This document shows, one piece after another, positions 1 through 8,422 of a stretch of DNA of 38,229 bases. This DNA is from a bacterium (lineage in GTDB: Bacteria > Sysuimicrobiota > Sysuimicrobiia > Sysuimicrobiales > Kaftiobacteriaceae): NCBI GenBank assembly GCA_035574075.1, contig DATLZI010000127.1:1-38229 (forward strand), given 5' to 3'. The translations under genes and the position numbers were made by a program. The notes under the pieces were generated by a model. The model was not told where the DNA came from. It did no database searches and worked only from the letters and a program-made list of their open reading frames with translations. The first letter of the stretch is position 1, and every line of letters begins with the position of its first letter.

Positions 1-62
1 GCCGCCCGCGCCGAGACCTCGGCGCGCTTGTGGACCAGGATCTCGTCCAGGATCGCGGTCAT
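1..62 (-). CDS. trpC: indole-3-glycerol phosphate synthase, N-terminal fragment (gene runs off the left edge)
   Basis: ATG at 62..60 overlaps the trpD stop (ATGA). Hand translation MTAILDEILVHKRAEVSARA fits the usual TrpC N-terminus and the trpEGDC order. Confidence 0.7.
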   Translation of the reverse strand, partial: MTAILDEILVHKRAEVSARA

Positions 63-1096
63 GTCGTCGCCGCCCGGCTATGGGCGCGCAGGGCTTCGAG
101 CTTCTCGTAGGCCGCGCCGGAGGCGATGGCCCGGCGGGCCAGCGCCACTCCGGCACGGAGGTCCTCAGCCAGCTCCGCGGCGACGAGGGCCGCGGCGGCA
201 TTGGCCAGGACGATGTCCTGGCGGGGACCGCCCTCGCCCCGCAGCACCGCGGTGGTGATCGCCGCGTTCTCCTCCGGCCGGCCGCCGGCCAGCTGCTCGG
301 GGGTGGCCTGCGGCAGGCCGAAGTCTTCCGGCGTCAGCGTGTAGGTGCGCACCTCGCCCCCCCGCAGCTCGGACACGCGGGTCGGCCCGACCGTGGAGAT
401 CTCGTCGATCCCGTCCAGCCCGTGCACGACGAAGGCGCGGCGCGCCCCCATCTCGCCCAGCACGCGGGCCATCAGTTCGGTCAGCGCCGGGTCGTAGGTG
501 CCGACGACCAGGAAGGCGGCGTTGGCCGGGTTGGTCAGCGGCCCGAGGATGTTGAAGACGGTGCGGATGCCGATCTCCTTCCGCGGGCCGACGGCATGCT
601 TCATCGCCGCGTGGTAGAGGGGGGCGAACATGAAGCCGATGCCGATGTCCTCGATCGCGGCGCGCACGACGTCCGGCGGCACCTGGATCGCCACTCCCAG
701 CGCCTCCAGGACGTCGGCCGCCCCGGAGAGGCGGGAGACCGCCCGGTTCCCGTGCTTCGCCACGTAGCCGCCCGCGGCGGCGACGACGAACGCCGCGGTG
801 GTGGAGATGTTGAAAGTGCTCAGGCGGTCCCCGCCGGTGCCGACGATGTCGATCAGCGCCTCCGCGCGCGGGGTGATCCGCTGAGCCCGCTCCCGCATCG
901 CCCGGGCGAAACCCGCGATCTCCTCCACCGTCTCGCCCTTCATGCGCAGGGCCGTGATCAGGGCGGCGATCTGCGCCGGGGTGGCCTGGCCGTCCATGAC
1001 CTGCCCCAGCGCCTGGTGGGCCTGCGCCTCGCTCAGGTCCTCCCGGAGGACGACTCTCCGGATCGCTTCGCGCAGCGCCGCGGCGGGCTCCGTCAC
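59..1096 (-). CDS. trpD: anthranilate phosphoribosyltransferase
   Basis: ORF 59..1537 carries TrpD hallmarks (DIVGTGGD, AKHGNRAVSRLSGAADVLEALGV, NILGPLTNPA). The first 146 codons are Arg/Pro-rich and overlap trpG, so I start at GTG 1096..1094, which overlaps the trpG stop (GTGA). About 345 aa. Confidence 0.93.
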   Translation of the reverse strand: MTEPAAALREAIRRVVLREDLSEAQAHQALGQVMDGQATPAQIAALITALRMKGETVEEIAGFARAMRERAQRITPRAEALIDIVGTGGDRLSTFNISTTAAFVVAAAGGYVAKHGNRAVSRLSGAADVLEALGVAIQVPPDVVRAAIEDIGIGFMFAPLYHAAMKHAVGPRKEIGIRTVFNILGPLTNPANAAFLVVGTYDPALTELMARVLGEMGARRAFVVHGLDGIDEISTVGPTRVSELRGGEVRTYTLTPEDFGLPQATPEQLAGGRPEENAAITTAVLRGEGGPRQDIVLANAAAALVAAELAEDLRAGVALARRAIASGAAYEKLEALRAHSRAATT

Positions 1097-1695
1097 GACG
1101 CTCCCCCCACGGCGGTGGCGATCGGCACACCGGCCAGCTCCAGGAAGTTGCGCAGCAGCTGCCTTCCGGGCGCGGTGAGCACCGACTCGGGATGGAACTG
1201 CACGCCCTCGACGAGCGCTTGCCGGTGGCGCACGCCCATGATCGTGCCGTCGGCGAGCTGTGCGGAAACCTCGAGCGTCGGCGGCAGCGTGTCCCGGTCG
1301 ATGATCAGGGAGTGGTAGCGCGTGCCGACGATGGGATTGGGCAGCGCGCGGTAGATCGTGCGGCCGTCGTGGTGGATCTCCGAGACCTTGCCGTGCACCG
1401 GTGCGGGCGCCCGGACGATCCGCCCCCCGAAGGCCGCGCCGATGCACTGGTGGCCGAGGCAGACCCCCAGGATCGGCACCGCGCCGGCGAGACGCGCCAC
1501 CAGCGCGGTGGAGATCCCCGCCTCCGCCGGCGTGCACGGGCCCGGCGAGATGACGACGGCCTGCGGCCGCCGCCGGAGGAGGTCGTCGACGGACAGCGCG
1601 TCGTTCCGGAAGACCTGCACCTCCGCCGCCATCTCGCCCAGGTACTGCACGAGGTTGTAGGTGAAGGAGTCGTAGTTGTCGATGACTACGATCAT
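1093..1695 (-). CDS. trpG: anthranilate synthase component II (glutamine amidotransferase)
   Basis: MIVVIDNYDSFTYNLVQYLGE..., the GVCLGHQ nucleophile elbow and VQFHPES. ATGA overlap with the trpE stop. Confidence 0.95.
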   Translation of the reverse strand: MIVVIDNYDSFTYNLVQYLGEMAAEVQVFRNDALSVDDLLRRRPQAVVISPGPCTPAEAGISTALVARLAGAVPILGVCLGHQCIGAAFGGRIVRAPAPVHGKVSEIHHDGRTIYRALPNPIVGTRYHSLIIDRDTLPPTLEVSAQLADGTIMGVRHRQALVEGVQFHPESVLTAPGRQLLRNFLELAGVPIATAVGGAS

Positions 1696-3179
1696 CGCGT
1701 CACCCCCGCCCGTCCGACGCGCTCGACCGCCCGCACCAGCGCCTTCGCCTTGTTCACCGTCTCCACGTACTCGCGCTCCGGCACCGAATCGGCGACGATC
1801 CCCGCGCCGGCCTGGATGTAGGCGCGGTCGCCGGTCATCACGATCGTGCGGATCGTGATCGCCGTGTCCATGCTGCCGGAGAAGCTGAAGTAACCCACCG
1901 CGCCGGCGTAGGGTCCGCGGGCCACTGGCTCCAGCTCGTCGATGATCTCCATCGCCCGCACCTTGGGCGCCCCGGTCACGGTACCCGCCGGGAAGCAGGC
2001 CCGCAGCACGTCCACCGCGTCGAGGCCGGCGCGCAGCCGCCCCTGCACGTCGGAGACGATGTGCATAACGTGCGAAAAGCGCTCGACCTGCATCAGGTCG
2101 GTGACCCGCACCGTCCCGTAGTCGCAGACGCGGCCCAGGTCGTTGCGGCCGAGGTCCACCAGCATCACGTGCTCCGCGCGTTCCTTCTCGTCAGCCAGCA
2201 ACTGCGCCTCCATCGTCAGGTCGTCGGCCTCCGTCGCCCCGCGCGGCCGCGTCCCGGCCAGGGGGCGCGTCTCCACCACGCCGTTCTCCAGCCGCACCAG
2301 CAGCTCGGGGGAGGATCCGATGATCTTCACCCCTTCGAAATCCAGGAAGAACATGTACGGCGAGGGGTTGACCGTGCGCAGCGCGCGGTAGATGTCCAGG
2401 CCGTCCACCCCCTCCAGGCCCATCGAGAAGCGCCGGGAGAGCACGACCTGGAAGATGTCTCCGGCCTGGATGTAGGCCTTGGCCCGCTCCACCGCGCCGA
2501 GGAAGCCGGCCACCGGCAGGTCGGTATCCATCACCGGCTGCACCCGCCCGCCGCCGCCCGGAGCGACCAGCGGCGCGCGCAGCCGCTCGTACAGGCGCTC
2601 CACCTTCTCCACGGCCTGTCGGTAGGCGGCACCCCCGTCGTCGTCCACCAGGGCGTTGGCCACGATCTTCATCGTGTGCCGCACGTGATCGAAGATGACC
2701 ACGGTGTCGGCCACGACCAGGTAGCACGTCGGCAGGTGGAGATCGTCCGGCGGGCGGTGCGGCAGCCGCTCCCACGATCGCACCAGATCGTAGCCGAAGT
2801 AGCCGACCGCGCCGCCCGAGAAACGCGGCAACCCGGGGTCGGCGACCAGGCGATGCCGGCCGAGGATCGCCCGCGTCACCTCCAGCACGTCGGCCGGCCG
2901 CCGCTCCACCCGCCCGCCGTCGCGGATCTCCACCTCGTCCCCGCGGGCGACGATGGTCGTCGCTGGTCCGCTGCCGATGAAGGAGTAACGCCCGATGCGC
3001 TCGCCGCCCTCGACGCTCTCCAGGAGGAAGGCGTGGCCGTCGCCGCGCAGCTTGAGGAACGCCGAGATCGGCGTCTCCAGGTCCGCCGGCAGCTCGCAGG
3101 AGACCGGCACGAGGTTCCCCGCGCGCGTCCGGCTCAGGAACTCGGTCTTGCTCGGAGCGATGTCCAGCACCCAGGCCAT
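1692..3179 (-). CDS. trpE: anthranilate synthase component I
   Basis: The ORF 1692..3338 protein from MAWVLDIAPSKTEF... has LLESVEGGERIGRYSFIG and the chorismate-binding C-terminus (GGAVGYFGYD, GTVTGAPKVRAMEII). ATG at 3179 lies 2 nt after the tyrA stop. The upstream 53 codons are Arg-rich and overlap tyrA. Confidence 0.93.
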   Translation of the reverse strand: MAWVLDIAPSKTEFLSRTRAGNLVPVSCELPADLETPISAFLKLRGDGHAFLLESVEGGERIGRYSFIGSGPATTIVARGDEVEIRDGGRVERRPADVLEVTRAILGRHRLVADPGLPRFSGGAVGYFGYDLVRSWERLPHRPPDDLHLPTCYLVVADTVVIFDHVRHTMKIVANALVDDDGGAAYRQAVEKVERLYERLRAPLVAPGGGGRVQPVMDTDLPVAGFLGAVERAKAYIQAGDIFQVVLSRRFSMGLEGVDGLDIYRALRTVNPSPYMFFLDFEGVKIIGSSPELLVRLENGVVETRPLAGTRPRGATEADDLTMEAQLLADEKERAEHVMLVDLGRNDLGRVCDYGTVRVTDLMQVERFSHVMHIVSDVQGRLRAGLDAVDVLRACFPAGTVTGAPKVRAMEIIDELEPVARGPYAGAVGYFSFSGSMDTAITIRTIVMTGDRAYIQAGAGIVADSVPEREYVETVNKAKALVRAVERVGRAGVTR

Positions 3180-3181
3180 CG

Positions 3182-4015
3182 TCAGGCCCCTCCCCCGGCG
3201 CGCCGCTGGGCCTCGAGCAGCAGCAAGGCCAGGTCGTTGCGGGATTCGAGCGCCCGGTCCAGCTGGTCGAGCGCTGCGCGCAGTCGCTCCAGCGCGCCGC
3301 GGATGGCCTGCGCGTTCCCGGCGCAGATCTGGGTCCACAGCTCCACCGGGCTCTGGGCGAGCCGGGCGAAGCCGGCGAACCCCGGTCCCTGGATGCGCCG
3401 CGCCTCATCCGACGTGGCGAGCAGCGCCGCTGCGGCCAGGAGATAGGGCGCGTGGCTCACCTCTGCGACCAGCGCGTCGTGGTCGTGCGGCGCCAGGACC
3501 ACCGGTTCCATGCCGATTCCCCGCGCCAGGAACGTCACCATCTCGATCGCCGCCGCATCAGCCGCCGCCGTCGGCGTGATGATGAACGGCCGCCCGGCCA
3601 GCAGGGCGGGGTCGGCGGCCTGCGGTCCGCTCCGCTCCGCGCCGGCCATCGGATGGCCGCCCACGTAGCGGATCAGGGGCGGCAGCCGCTGCTCGAGGGC
3701 CGCCACGATCCCGGCCTTCGTGCTGGCGACGTCCGTGAGCACCGTCCCAGGTCGCAGCTCCGCGGCGGCCTGCAGCGCGGCTGGCACCACCGCGTCCGGG
3801 GGCACGGCCACGACCACCAGGTCCGCCTCCCGCAGGACCTCCATCGTCGTGCCGCCCTTATCGAGGGCGCCCCGCGTGCGCGCCGCCTCCACCGCCGCGG
3901 GGTCGACATCGACGCCGACGACGCGCTCGGCCACGCGCCGCTGGCGGATGGCCAGACCGATCGAGGTGCCGATCAGCCCCGTGCCGACGATGCCGACGGT
4001 GCGCGGGCCGATCAT
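3182..4015 (-). CDS. tyrA: prephenate (or arogenate) dehydrogenase
   Basis: N-terminal Rossmann motif VGIVGTGLIGTSIGLA, then GGHPMAG and a TyrA-like C-terminal domain. ATGA overlap with the aroF stop. Confidence 0.85.
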   Translation of the reverse strand: MIGPRTVGIVGTGLIGTSIGLAIRQRRVAERVVGVDVDPAAVEAARTRGALDKGGTTMEVLREADLVVVAVPPDAVVPAALQAAAELRPGTVLTDVASTKAGIVAALEQRLPPLIRYVGGHPMAGAERSGPQAADPALLAGRPFIITPTAAADAAAIEMVTFLARGIGMEPVVLAPHDHDALVAEVSHAPYLLAAAALLATSDEARRIQGPGFAGFARLAQSPVELWTQICAGNAQAIRGALERLRAALDQLDRALESRNDLALLLLEAQRRAGGGA

Positions 4016-5058
4016 CGAGGCCGCAGCGCCGCCGGCTGCTGCACCCGTCGGCCGAGGGCCGCCGCCAGCGGGGTGAGTTCAGCCATCAGCTGGCCGAAGA
4101 CGTCGGGGGTGATCTGCTGGGGCCCGTCGCTGAGGGCCTTCTCCGGCTCGGGATGCACCTCGATGATCAGGCCATCCGCGCCCGCGGCCGCCGCGGCCCG
4201 GGCCAGCGGGGGCACGTACCGCGCCTTCCCCGCCGCCTGGCTGGGATCGACGATCACCGGCAGGTGGGTGAGCTGCTTGAGCACCGGCACCGCGGAGAGA
4301 TCGAGCAGGTAACGGGTGTAGTTGTCGAAACCGCGGATGCCGCGCTCGCAGAGCACGACGTTGTAGTTGCCCTCGCTCATGATGTACTCGGCGGCGAGCA
4401 GCAGCTCCTGGATGGTCGCGCTGGGACCGCGCTTGAGCAGCACCGGATACTTCGCCCGGCCGACCTCGCGCAGCAGCGTGTAGTTCTGCATGTTCCGGGC
4501 GCCGATCTGCACCATGTCCGCGTACTTGATGACCAGCATGAGCTGGGCGGCGTCCATCGCCTCGGTGACCACCGGCAACCCCGTCTCGGCGCGGGCCTCG
4601 GCCAGGAGGCGCAGCCCTTCCTCCTCCAGCCCCTGGAAGCTGTAGGGGGAGGTCCGCGGCTTGAAGGCGCCGCCGCGGAGCATCACCGCGCCCGCCGCCT
4701 TCACGGCGTGCGCCGTGCGCACGATCTGCTCGCGGCTTTCCACCGAGCAGGGCCCGGCGATGACCGTGATCGCGCCGTCGCCGATCCGCACCCCCTGCAC
4801 GTCGATCACCGAGTCGTGCGGGCGGAAATCCCGGCTGACCAGCTTGAACGGCTGGAGGATGAGGACGACTTTCTCCACCCCCGGGGAGGCCTCGAGCGAC
4901 TGGCGCAGCAGCTCCTTGGTGTGGCTGTCGCCCACGACGCCGATGATCGTGCGCTCCACCCCGGCCGAGATGTGGCTGCTCAGCCCCGCGTCCTGGATGC
5001 GCTTCACGATGTCGTTGATCTGCTCGCGCGTCGCGCGAGGCTCCATGACGACGATCAT
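4012..5058 (-). CDS. aroF: 3-deoxy-7-phosphoheptulonate (DAHP) synthase, type I-beta with N-terminal ferredoxin-like regulatory domain
   Basis: Collinear with the Thermotoga maritima-type DAH7PS as I recall it: MIVVM.P..T...I, AGPCSVES, LRGGAFKPRTSPYSFQGL, IGARNMQN, KRG, DPSH-like VDPSQ, VHPEPEKALSDG. Confidence 0.93.
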   Translation of the reverse strand: MIVVMEPRATREQINDIVKRIQDAGLSSHISAGVERTIIGVVGDSHTKELLRQSLEASPGVEKVVLILQPFKLVSRDFRPHDSVIDVQGVRIGDGAITVIAGPCSVESREQIVRTAHAVKAAGAVMLRGGAFKPRTSPYSFQGLEEEGLRLLAEARAETGLPVVTEAMDAAQLMLVIKYADMVQIGARNMQNYTLLREVGRAKYPVLLKRGPSATIQELLLAAEYIMSEGNYNVVLCERGIRGFDNYTRYLLDLSAVPVLKQLTHLPVIVDPSQAAGKARYVPPLARAAAAAGADGLIIEVHPEPEKALSDGPQQITPDVFGQLMAELTPLAAALGRRVQQPAALRPR

Positions 5059-5071
5059 GCTCTATCCCCCC

Positions 5072-5109
5072 AAACACAAAACCTCTCACCCCGACTCTGG
5101 GGCGAGAGG
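5072..5109 (-). terminator. intrinsic terminator of the T-box leader (attenuator)
   Basis: Minus strand reads CCTCTCGCCCC-AGAGTC-GGGGTGAGAGG (11 bp stem with one G.U, 5109..5082) followed by TTTTGTGTTT (5081..5072). It sits directly 3' of the T-box sequence and 13 nt upstream of the aroF ATG. Confidence 0.85.
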
Positions 5110-5372
5110 TTCGTCACTCCCGCGGTGCCACCCGACTTCGGACCCTGACGGATCCGCGCTCGTCAGAGGACGGAGCCCTGGCTCGATCCTCTCCTCCGAA
5201 GGTCACGGCGGAGACAGCCGGCGGAGCCTGCTCCCGCGGGGGGGAGGTCGGTCCGCGCCTCCCGGGTCCATTCACCGCCCTGTAACTGCCGCGCTCTCAC
5301 CGCTGCGCGGCTCTCTCCGAGTCCTCGGAGCGGGTACTCCTCCCGGTCATCGGCCCTATGCGGTTGGATGTA
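5072..5372 (-). promoter_or_regulatory. T-box riboswitch leader, tryptophan specifier (UGG)
   Basis: Motifs seen on the minus strand: GA/K-turn GATGA (5351..5347), AGTA (5338..5335), AG-bulge GAGAGAG (5317..5311), distal-loop GGTGAGA (5301..5295), specifier loop GAA-TGG-A with TGG at 5270..5268, and the conserved T-box AGTCGGGTGGCACCGCG (5137..5121). The T-box overlaps the 5' side of the terminator. Confidence 0.85.
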
Positions 5373-5378
5373 GTGGCC

Positions 5379-5405
5379 ATTATAGCATACCCGCGGCGCC
5401 GTCAA
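5379..5405 (-). promoter_or_regulatory. sigma-A type promoter with extended -10 for the aroF-tyrA-trp operon
   Basis: Minus strand has TTGACG (5405..5400), a 15 nt spacer, TGC-TATAAT (extended TG 5387..5386, -10 at 5384..5379). The spacer is shorter than optimal, but the extended -10 is perfect. The -35 overlaps the stop of the upstream small ORF. Confidence 0.55.
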
Positions 5406-5635
5406 GCCCCCGGGGCCGCGCCGGCGCCCAGCTCGATGACCAGGCGGCCCGCCGCGGCGTGGCGGCTCTCCGACTGCAGCTCTCGGGTGATGAACCCGAC
5501 GGGGACGATGCCGAACTTCTTCGCCGCGTTCAGCAGGCGGCGCCGCGCCCGCTCCCGCGCCTCGTCGCCCTCGAACGCGGCCTGGTTGAAGCGGGCGAGG
5601 GCGTTGCGCACGTGCGCTGCGTCGTGGATGGGCAA
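5402..5635 (-). CDS. small conserved hypothetical protein (PIHDxxHVRNALARFNQ N-terminal motif)
   Basis: 77-codon ORF. The N-terminal motif resembles a small bacterial family I recall as DUF6582, which I cannot verify here. Its first codon is TTG, so the start is uncertain. Confidence 0.55.
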   Translation of the reverse strand: MPIHDAAHVRNALARFNQAAFEGDEARERARRRLLNAAKKFGIVPVGFITRELQSESRHAAAGRLVIELGAGAAPGA

Positions 5636-5733
5636 CCGCCGCCGGCCGCTCGGCTCGCCGGCGGGCGGAGAGCCTGGACAACCGAACAGCGGGTCAGCGC
5701 GCCCGCGGCCGGGCCGTCAGTCCCCACCCAACC

Positions 5734-7161
5734 TCACCCTCCTCCGCTCCTCTCGGGCGGCTCTCCCGCCGCGGCCGCCGCCCGGATCTCCTGGAGGTCG
5801 GCCTCCGCCTGCGCGATCTCCGTCGCATCGGGCTGGTGGCGCGCGTAGCGCACGCGCACATAGGCCTCCGTCAGCGCCGCGATGGGCAGGGCGGCCCGGG
5901 CGAGGCGGCCGCCCAGCCTGGGCCGGTACTCGTACGGGGTCTCGTCCGGCTGCCGCGGGACGCCGAGCCGCCGGCCCACGAGCAGCGCCTCGCGATACAG
6001 CGCGCGGATGGCGGACACCGCCGGCTCCTGGCGCGCCGCGGGAGCCGCCCGTCGCCACACCGCCCGCCAGGCTGCGCCGAGACCGCTCAGCACGGACCGT
6101 CTGTCCCACACCGACTCGTGCTCGTCCTCTCCCGGCCGAGGGGACCGGCGGCGGCCGCGGACCACGGCGATGGCGATCAGGAGAACGAGGAGGGCGATGA
6201 CCAGCAGCACGACGCCCCACCGCGCGCCGCTCACGACGTGCGGCGGCAACTCGCGGAGCAGGCTCCCCAGCGGCTGACGGACCATCGCCGGCGGCTCGAG
6301 CGCGCGCGGCTGGAACGGCAGCCGGGAGAGGACGGCGATGATGAGCCTGGCGATCACCAGGGCCACGGCGAAGAGCGCCAGGAAGATGTACTCCACGACC
6401 GGCGCGAGGGGCCGCAGCCACTGCAGCGCGACGGGGCGCAGCGGGAAGTTCAGCAGCCCCGCGACGAGCGTCGCGCCGGAGAGGATCGCGCCGACGACGC
6501 CGACGAGCAGCAGGACCCAGTGACGGTTCGCGGCCAGCGCCTGCGTCGGGTCAGGCCGCGTCTCTTGCCAGATCGCCAGCAGCCGCGTCACCGCCAGCAG
6601 GAACAGTCCGAGGGCGAAGAACGCCAGCAGGAAGCCCGGCGCCGCCGCGGCCGCCGCGAAGGCCCGGCTCCGACCGTAGAGGGCGGAGAGCAGGACGAAG
6701 GCCACCGTCCAGGCGACGCCGCGGCGGAATCCCCGCTCCGCCTCGAGGTGGGTGAACTCCCGCTCGCCGAGCGCCACTCCCCGCCACCAGAGCACGGTGG
6801 CGGCGAGGGCCGCCATCGCCGGCGGCAGTACGGCCGGCAGCGCATCGTGCGCCGAGCGGAGCAGGGCGGCGATCCAGCGCAGATCGTAGGCCGCCGCCCG
6901 GGGGAAGTACGCCGCCCTCACCACCCCCAAGCCGGCGATCGCGCCCGCGCCCACGACCACGACCCGTGCCATCTGCAATCTCCACGGCCGGGAGAGGGCG
7001 ACGCGCACGGTGATGAATCCGCCGCCCAGCATGAGGAAGACGGCCATGGGCCCGAGGAGCGGTCCGTCGCCATAGAAGGCGCCGCTGACGAGGAGCAGCC
7101 AGGGATACAACCAGGCGACCTCGAGAGCGGCGAGGGCCAGGGGCAGCGCCTCGCGCAGCAT
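5734..7161 (-). CDS. polytopic membrane protein with C-terminal DUF4129-like domain (no transglutaminase core)
   Basis: Multiple hydrophobic spans, then a cytoplasmic tail AIRALYREALLVGRRLGVPRQPDETPYEY...AYVRVRYA typical of DUF4129. The protein contains no Cys. ATG 7161 sits 6 nt after the DUF58 stop; the alternative start is GTG 7170. Confidence 0.8.
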   Translation of the reverse strand: MLREALPLALAALEVAWLYPWLLLVSGAFYGDGPLLGPMAVFLMLGGGFITVRVALSRPWRLQMARVVVVGAGAIAGLGVVRAAYFPRAAAYDLRWIAALLRSAHDALPAVLPPAMAALAATVLWWRGVALGEREFTHLEAERGFRRGVAWTVAFVLLSALYGRSRAFAAAAAAPGFLLAFFALGLFLLAVTRLLAIWQETRPDPTQALAANRHWVLLLVGVVGAILSGATLVAGLLNFPLRPVALQWLRPLAPVVEYIFLALFAVALVIARLIIAVLSRLPFQPRALEPPAMVRQPLGSLLRELPPHVVSGARWGVVLLVIALLVLLIAIAVVRGRRRSPRPGEDEHESVWDRRSVLSGLGAAWRAVWRRAAPAARQEPAVSAIRALYREALLVGRRLGVPRQPDETPYEYRPRLGGRLARAALPIAALTEAYVRVRYARHQPDATEIAQAEADLQEIRAAAAAGEPPERSGGG

Positions 7162-7166
7162 CGCGC

Positions 7167-8408
7167 TCACGATCCCCTCTCCGCCGGCTCGATCTCCAGC
7201 CCCTCCAGCGCCTGCCAACCGCGTTGGGCCGCCACGCGGTAGGCGGGCACCGGCAGCGCAGGCGGCGCCGCGTCATCGCCCACCAGGATGACGACCGCGG
7301 CGTGCCCGGCGTCGAGCAGGCGGCCGAGCCCGGCCTGCAGGGACGCGTCCGTCACCGCGGTGACCACGACCGCCGTGGTCCCCCAGGGCAGCGCCGAGGC
7401 CTCCAGCTGCAGCAGATCGCCCAGCGGCATCACCGGGGTGGGGAAGACCTGGGCCAGCGCCTCGAGCATCTGCGCGAGGTGCTCTGGGCCGGACGACGGC
7501 GGGATGCGGATCCAGCGCAGCCCGCGCGGGAGGTAGCCGTTAGCGTAGAGGCCGGTGAGGTACCCCTGGTCGATCGCCCAGGCGGCGATCGAGGCCGCGG
7601 TGAGGATGTTCAGCTCGAGCACCGCCCGCACGAAGCCGCGGTACTCGGCGTACCGGCCCAGGGTGTCGAGGTTGAGGAACACCGCCAGCCGGTGGGCGCT
7701 GGTCGGTTCGAAGAGCTTGCTGCGCAGTTGCTGCGTCCTCGCCGTGGCCTTCCAGTGGATGCGGCGGAGGGGATCGGTTGGCGCGTAGGGGCGGGCACCG
7801 ACGACGCGCGTCGGGTCGTCGAGGACGGCGCGGGGCGCGGTGACGTCGCCCCGCGGATGCAGGGCGGGCAGTCCCAGCGCCGCCAGCGGGACCAGCCGGG
7901 GATAGACGAGCAGATGGTCGGTATGCTCGAGATCGCGCCCCCGCACCGTGAAGCCGAAGACATCGCCCGAGCGCAGGCGCGCGGGGCCGAGCGGGAAGTA
8001 CCCCCGCGCCGCGCAGCGCACCGGGACGCGTCGGCGGACGCGCTCGTACCAGCGCAGGCTGAAGAGGTTGACGAGGTGCTGGCGCCTCTGGCGCGGGCTG
8101 GGGATGACCCGACCCGTCTGCACCTCCAGCTCGACCGGCAGCTCGTCGATCACCTCGAGCCAGGCCAGCGGCAGGATCTTGCGGTTCGTCACCTCCATCG
8201 TCAGCGTCACCGTCTCGCCGTAGAACGCGCGGCGCGGGGTGAACGACCGCCGGTACTCGACGCCGGCCAGGCAGAAGCGGTCCCAGAGGTAGGAGGCGCC
8301 GGCGCTGAGCAGCACCGCGCCGCCGAGGAGGAAGGCCACGCCGCTGCGCGCGGCGAGCCCAACGAGGAGCAGCAGCCAGCCGATGAGCAGCCAACCCTGC
8401 GTGTACAT
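7167..8408 (-). CDS. DUF58 domain protein (vWA-like partner of MoxR)
   Basis: Two N-terminal TM helices, then RRSFTP..., DVFG, RPY..GD.LRRIHWKATAR: the standard DUF58 layout immediately downstream of moxR. Confidence 0.88.
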   Translation of the reverse strand: MYTQGWLLIGWLLLLVGLAARSGVAFLLGGAVLLSAGASYLWDRFCLAGVEYRRSFTPRRAFYGETVTLTMEVTNRKILPLAWLEVIDELPVELEVQTGRVIPSPRQRRQHLVNLFSLRWYERVRRRVPVRCAARGYFPLGPARLRSGDVFGFTVRGRDLEHTDHLLVYPRLVPLAALGLPALHPRGDVTAPRAVLDDPTRVVGARPYAPTDPLRRIHWKATARTQQLRSKLFEPTSAHRLAVFLNLDTLGRYAEYRGFVRAVLELNILTAASIAAWAIDQGYLTGLYANGYLPRGLRWIRIPPSSGPEHLAQMLEALAQVFPTPVMPLGDLLQLEASALPWGTTAVVVTAVTDASLQAGLGRLLDAGHAAVVILVGDDAAPPALPVPAYRVAAQRGWQALEGLEIEPAERGS

Positions 8409-8422
8409 CGCCTCGGCCTCGA

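Noticed and set aside
5163-5681. ORFs 5163..5681 (-), 4661..5848 (+) and 5358..6200 (+) crossing the aroF upstream region.
   Set aside because: The region is fully explained by a promoter, a T-box leader and a terminator. The translations are low-complexity Arg/Pro/Gly with no start context.
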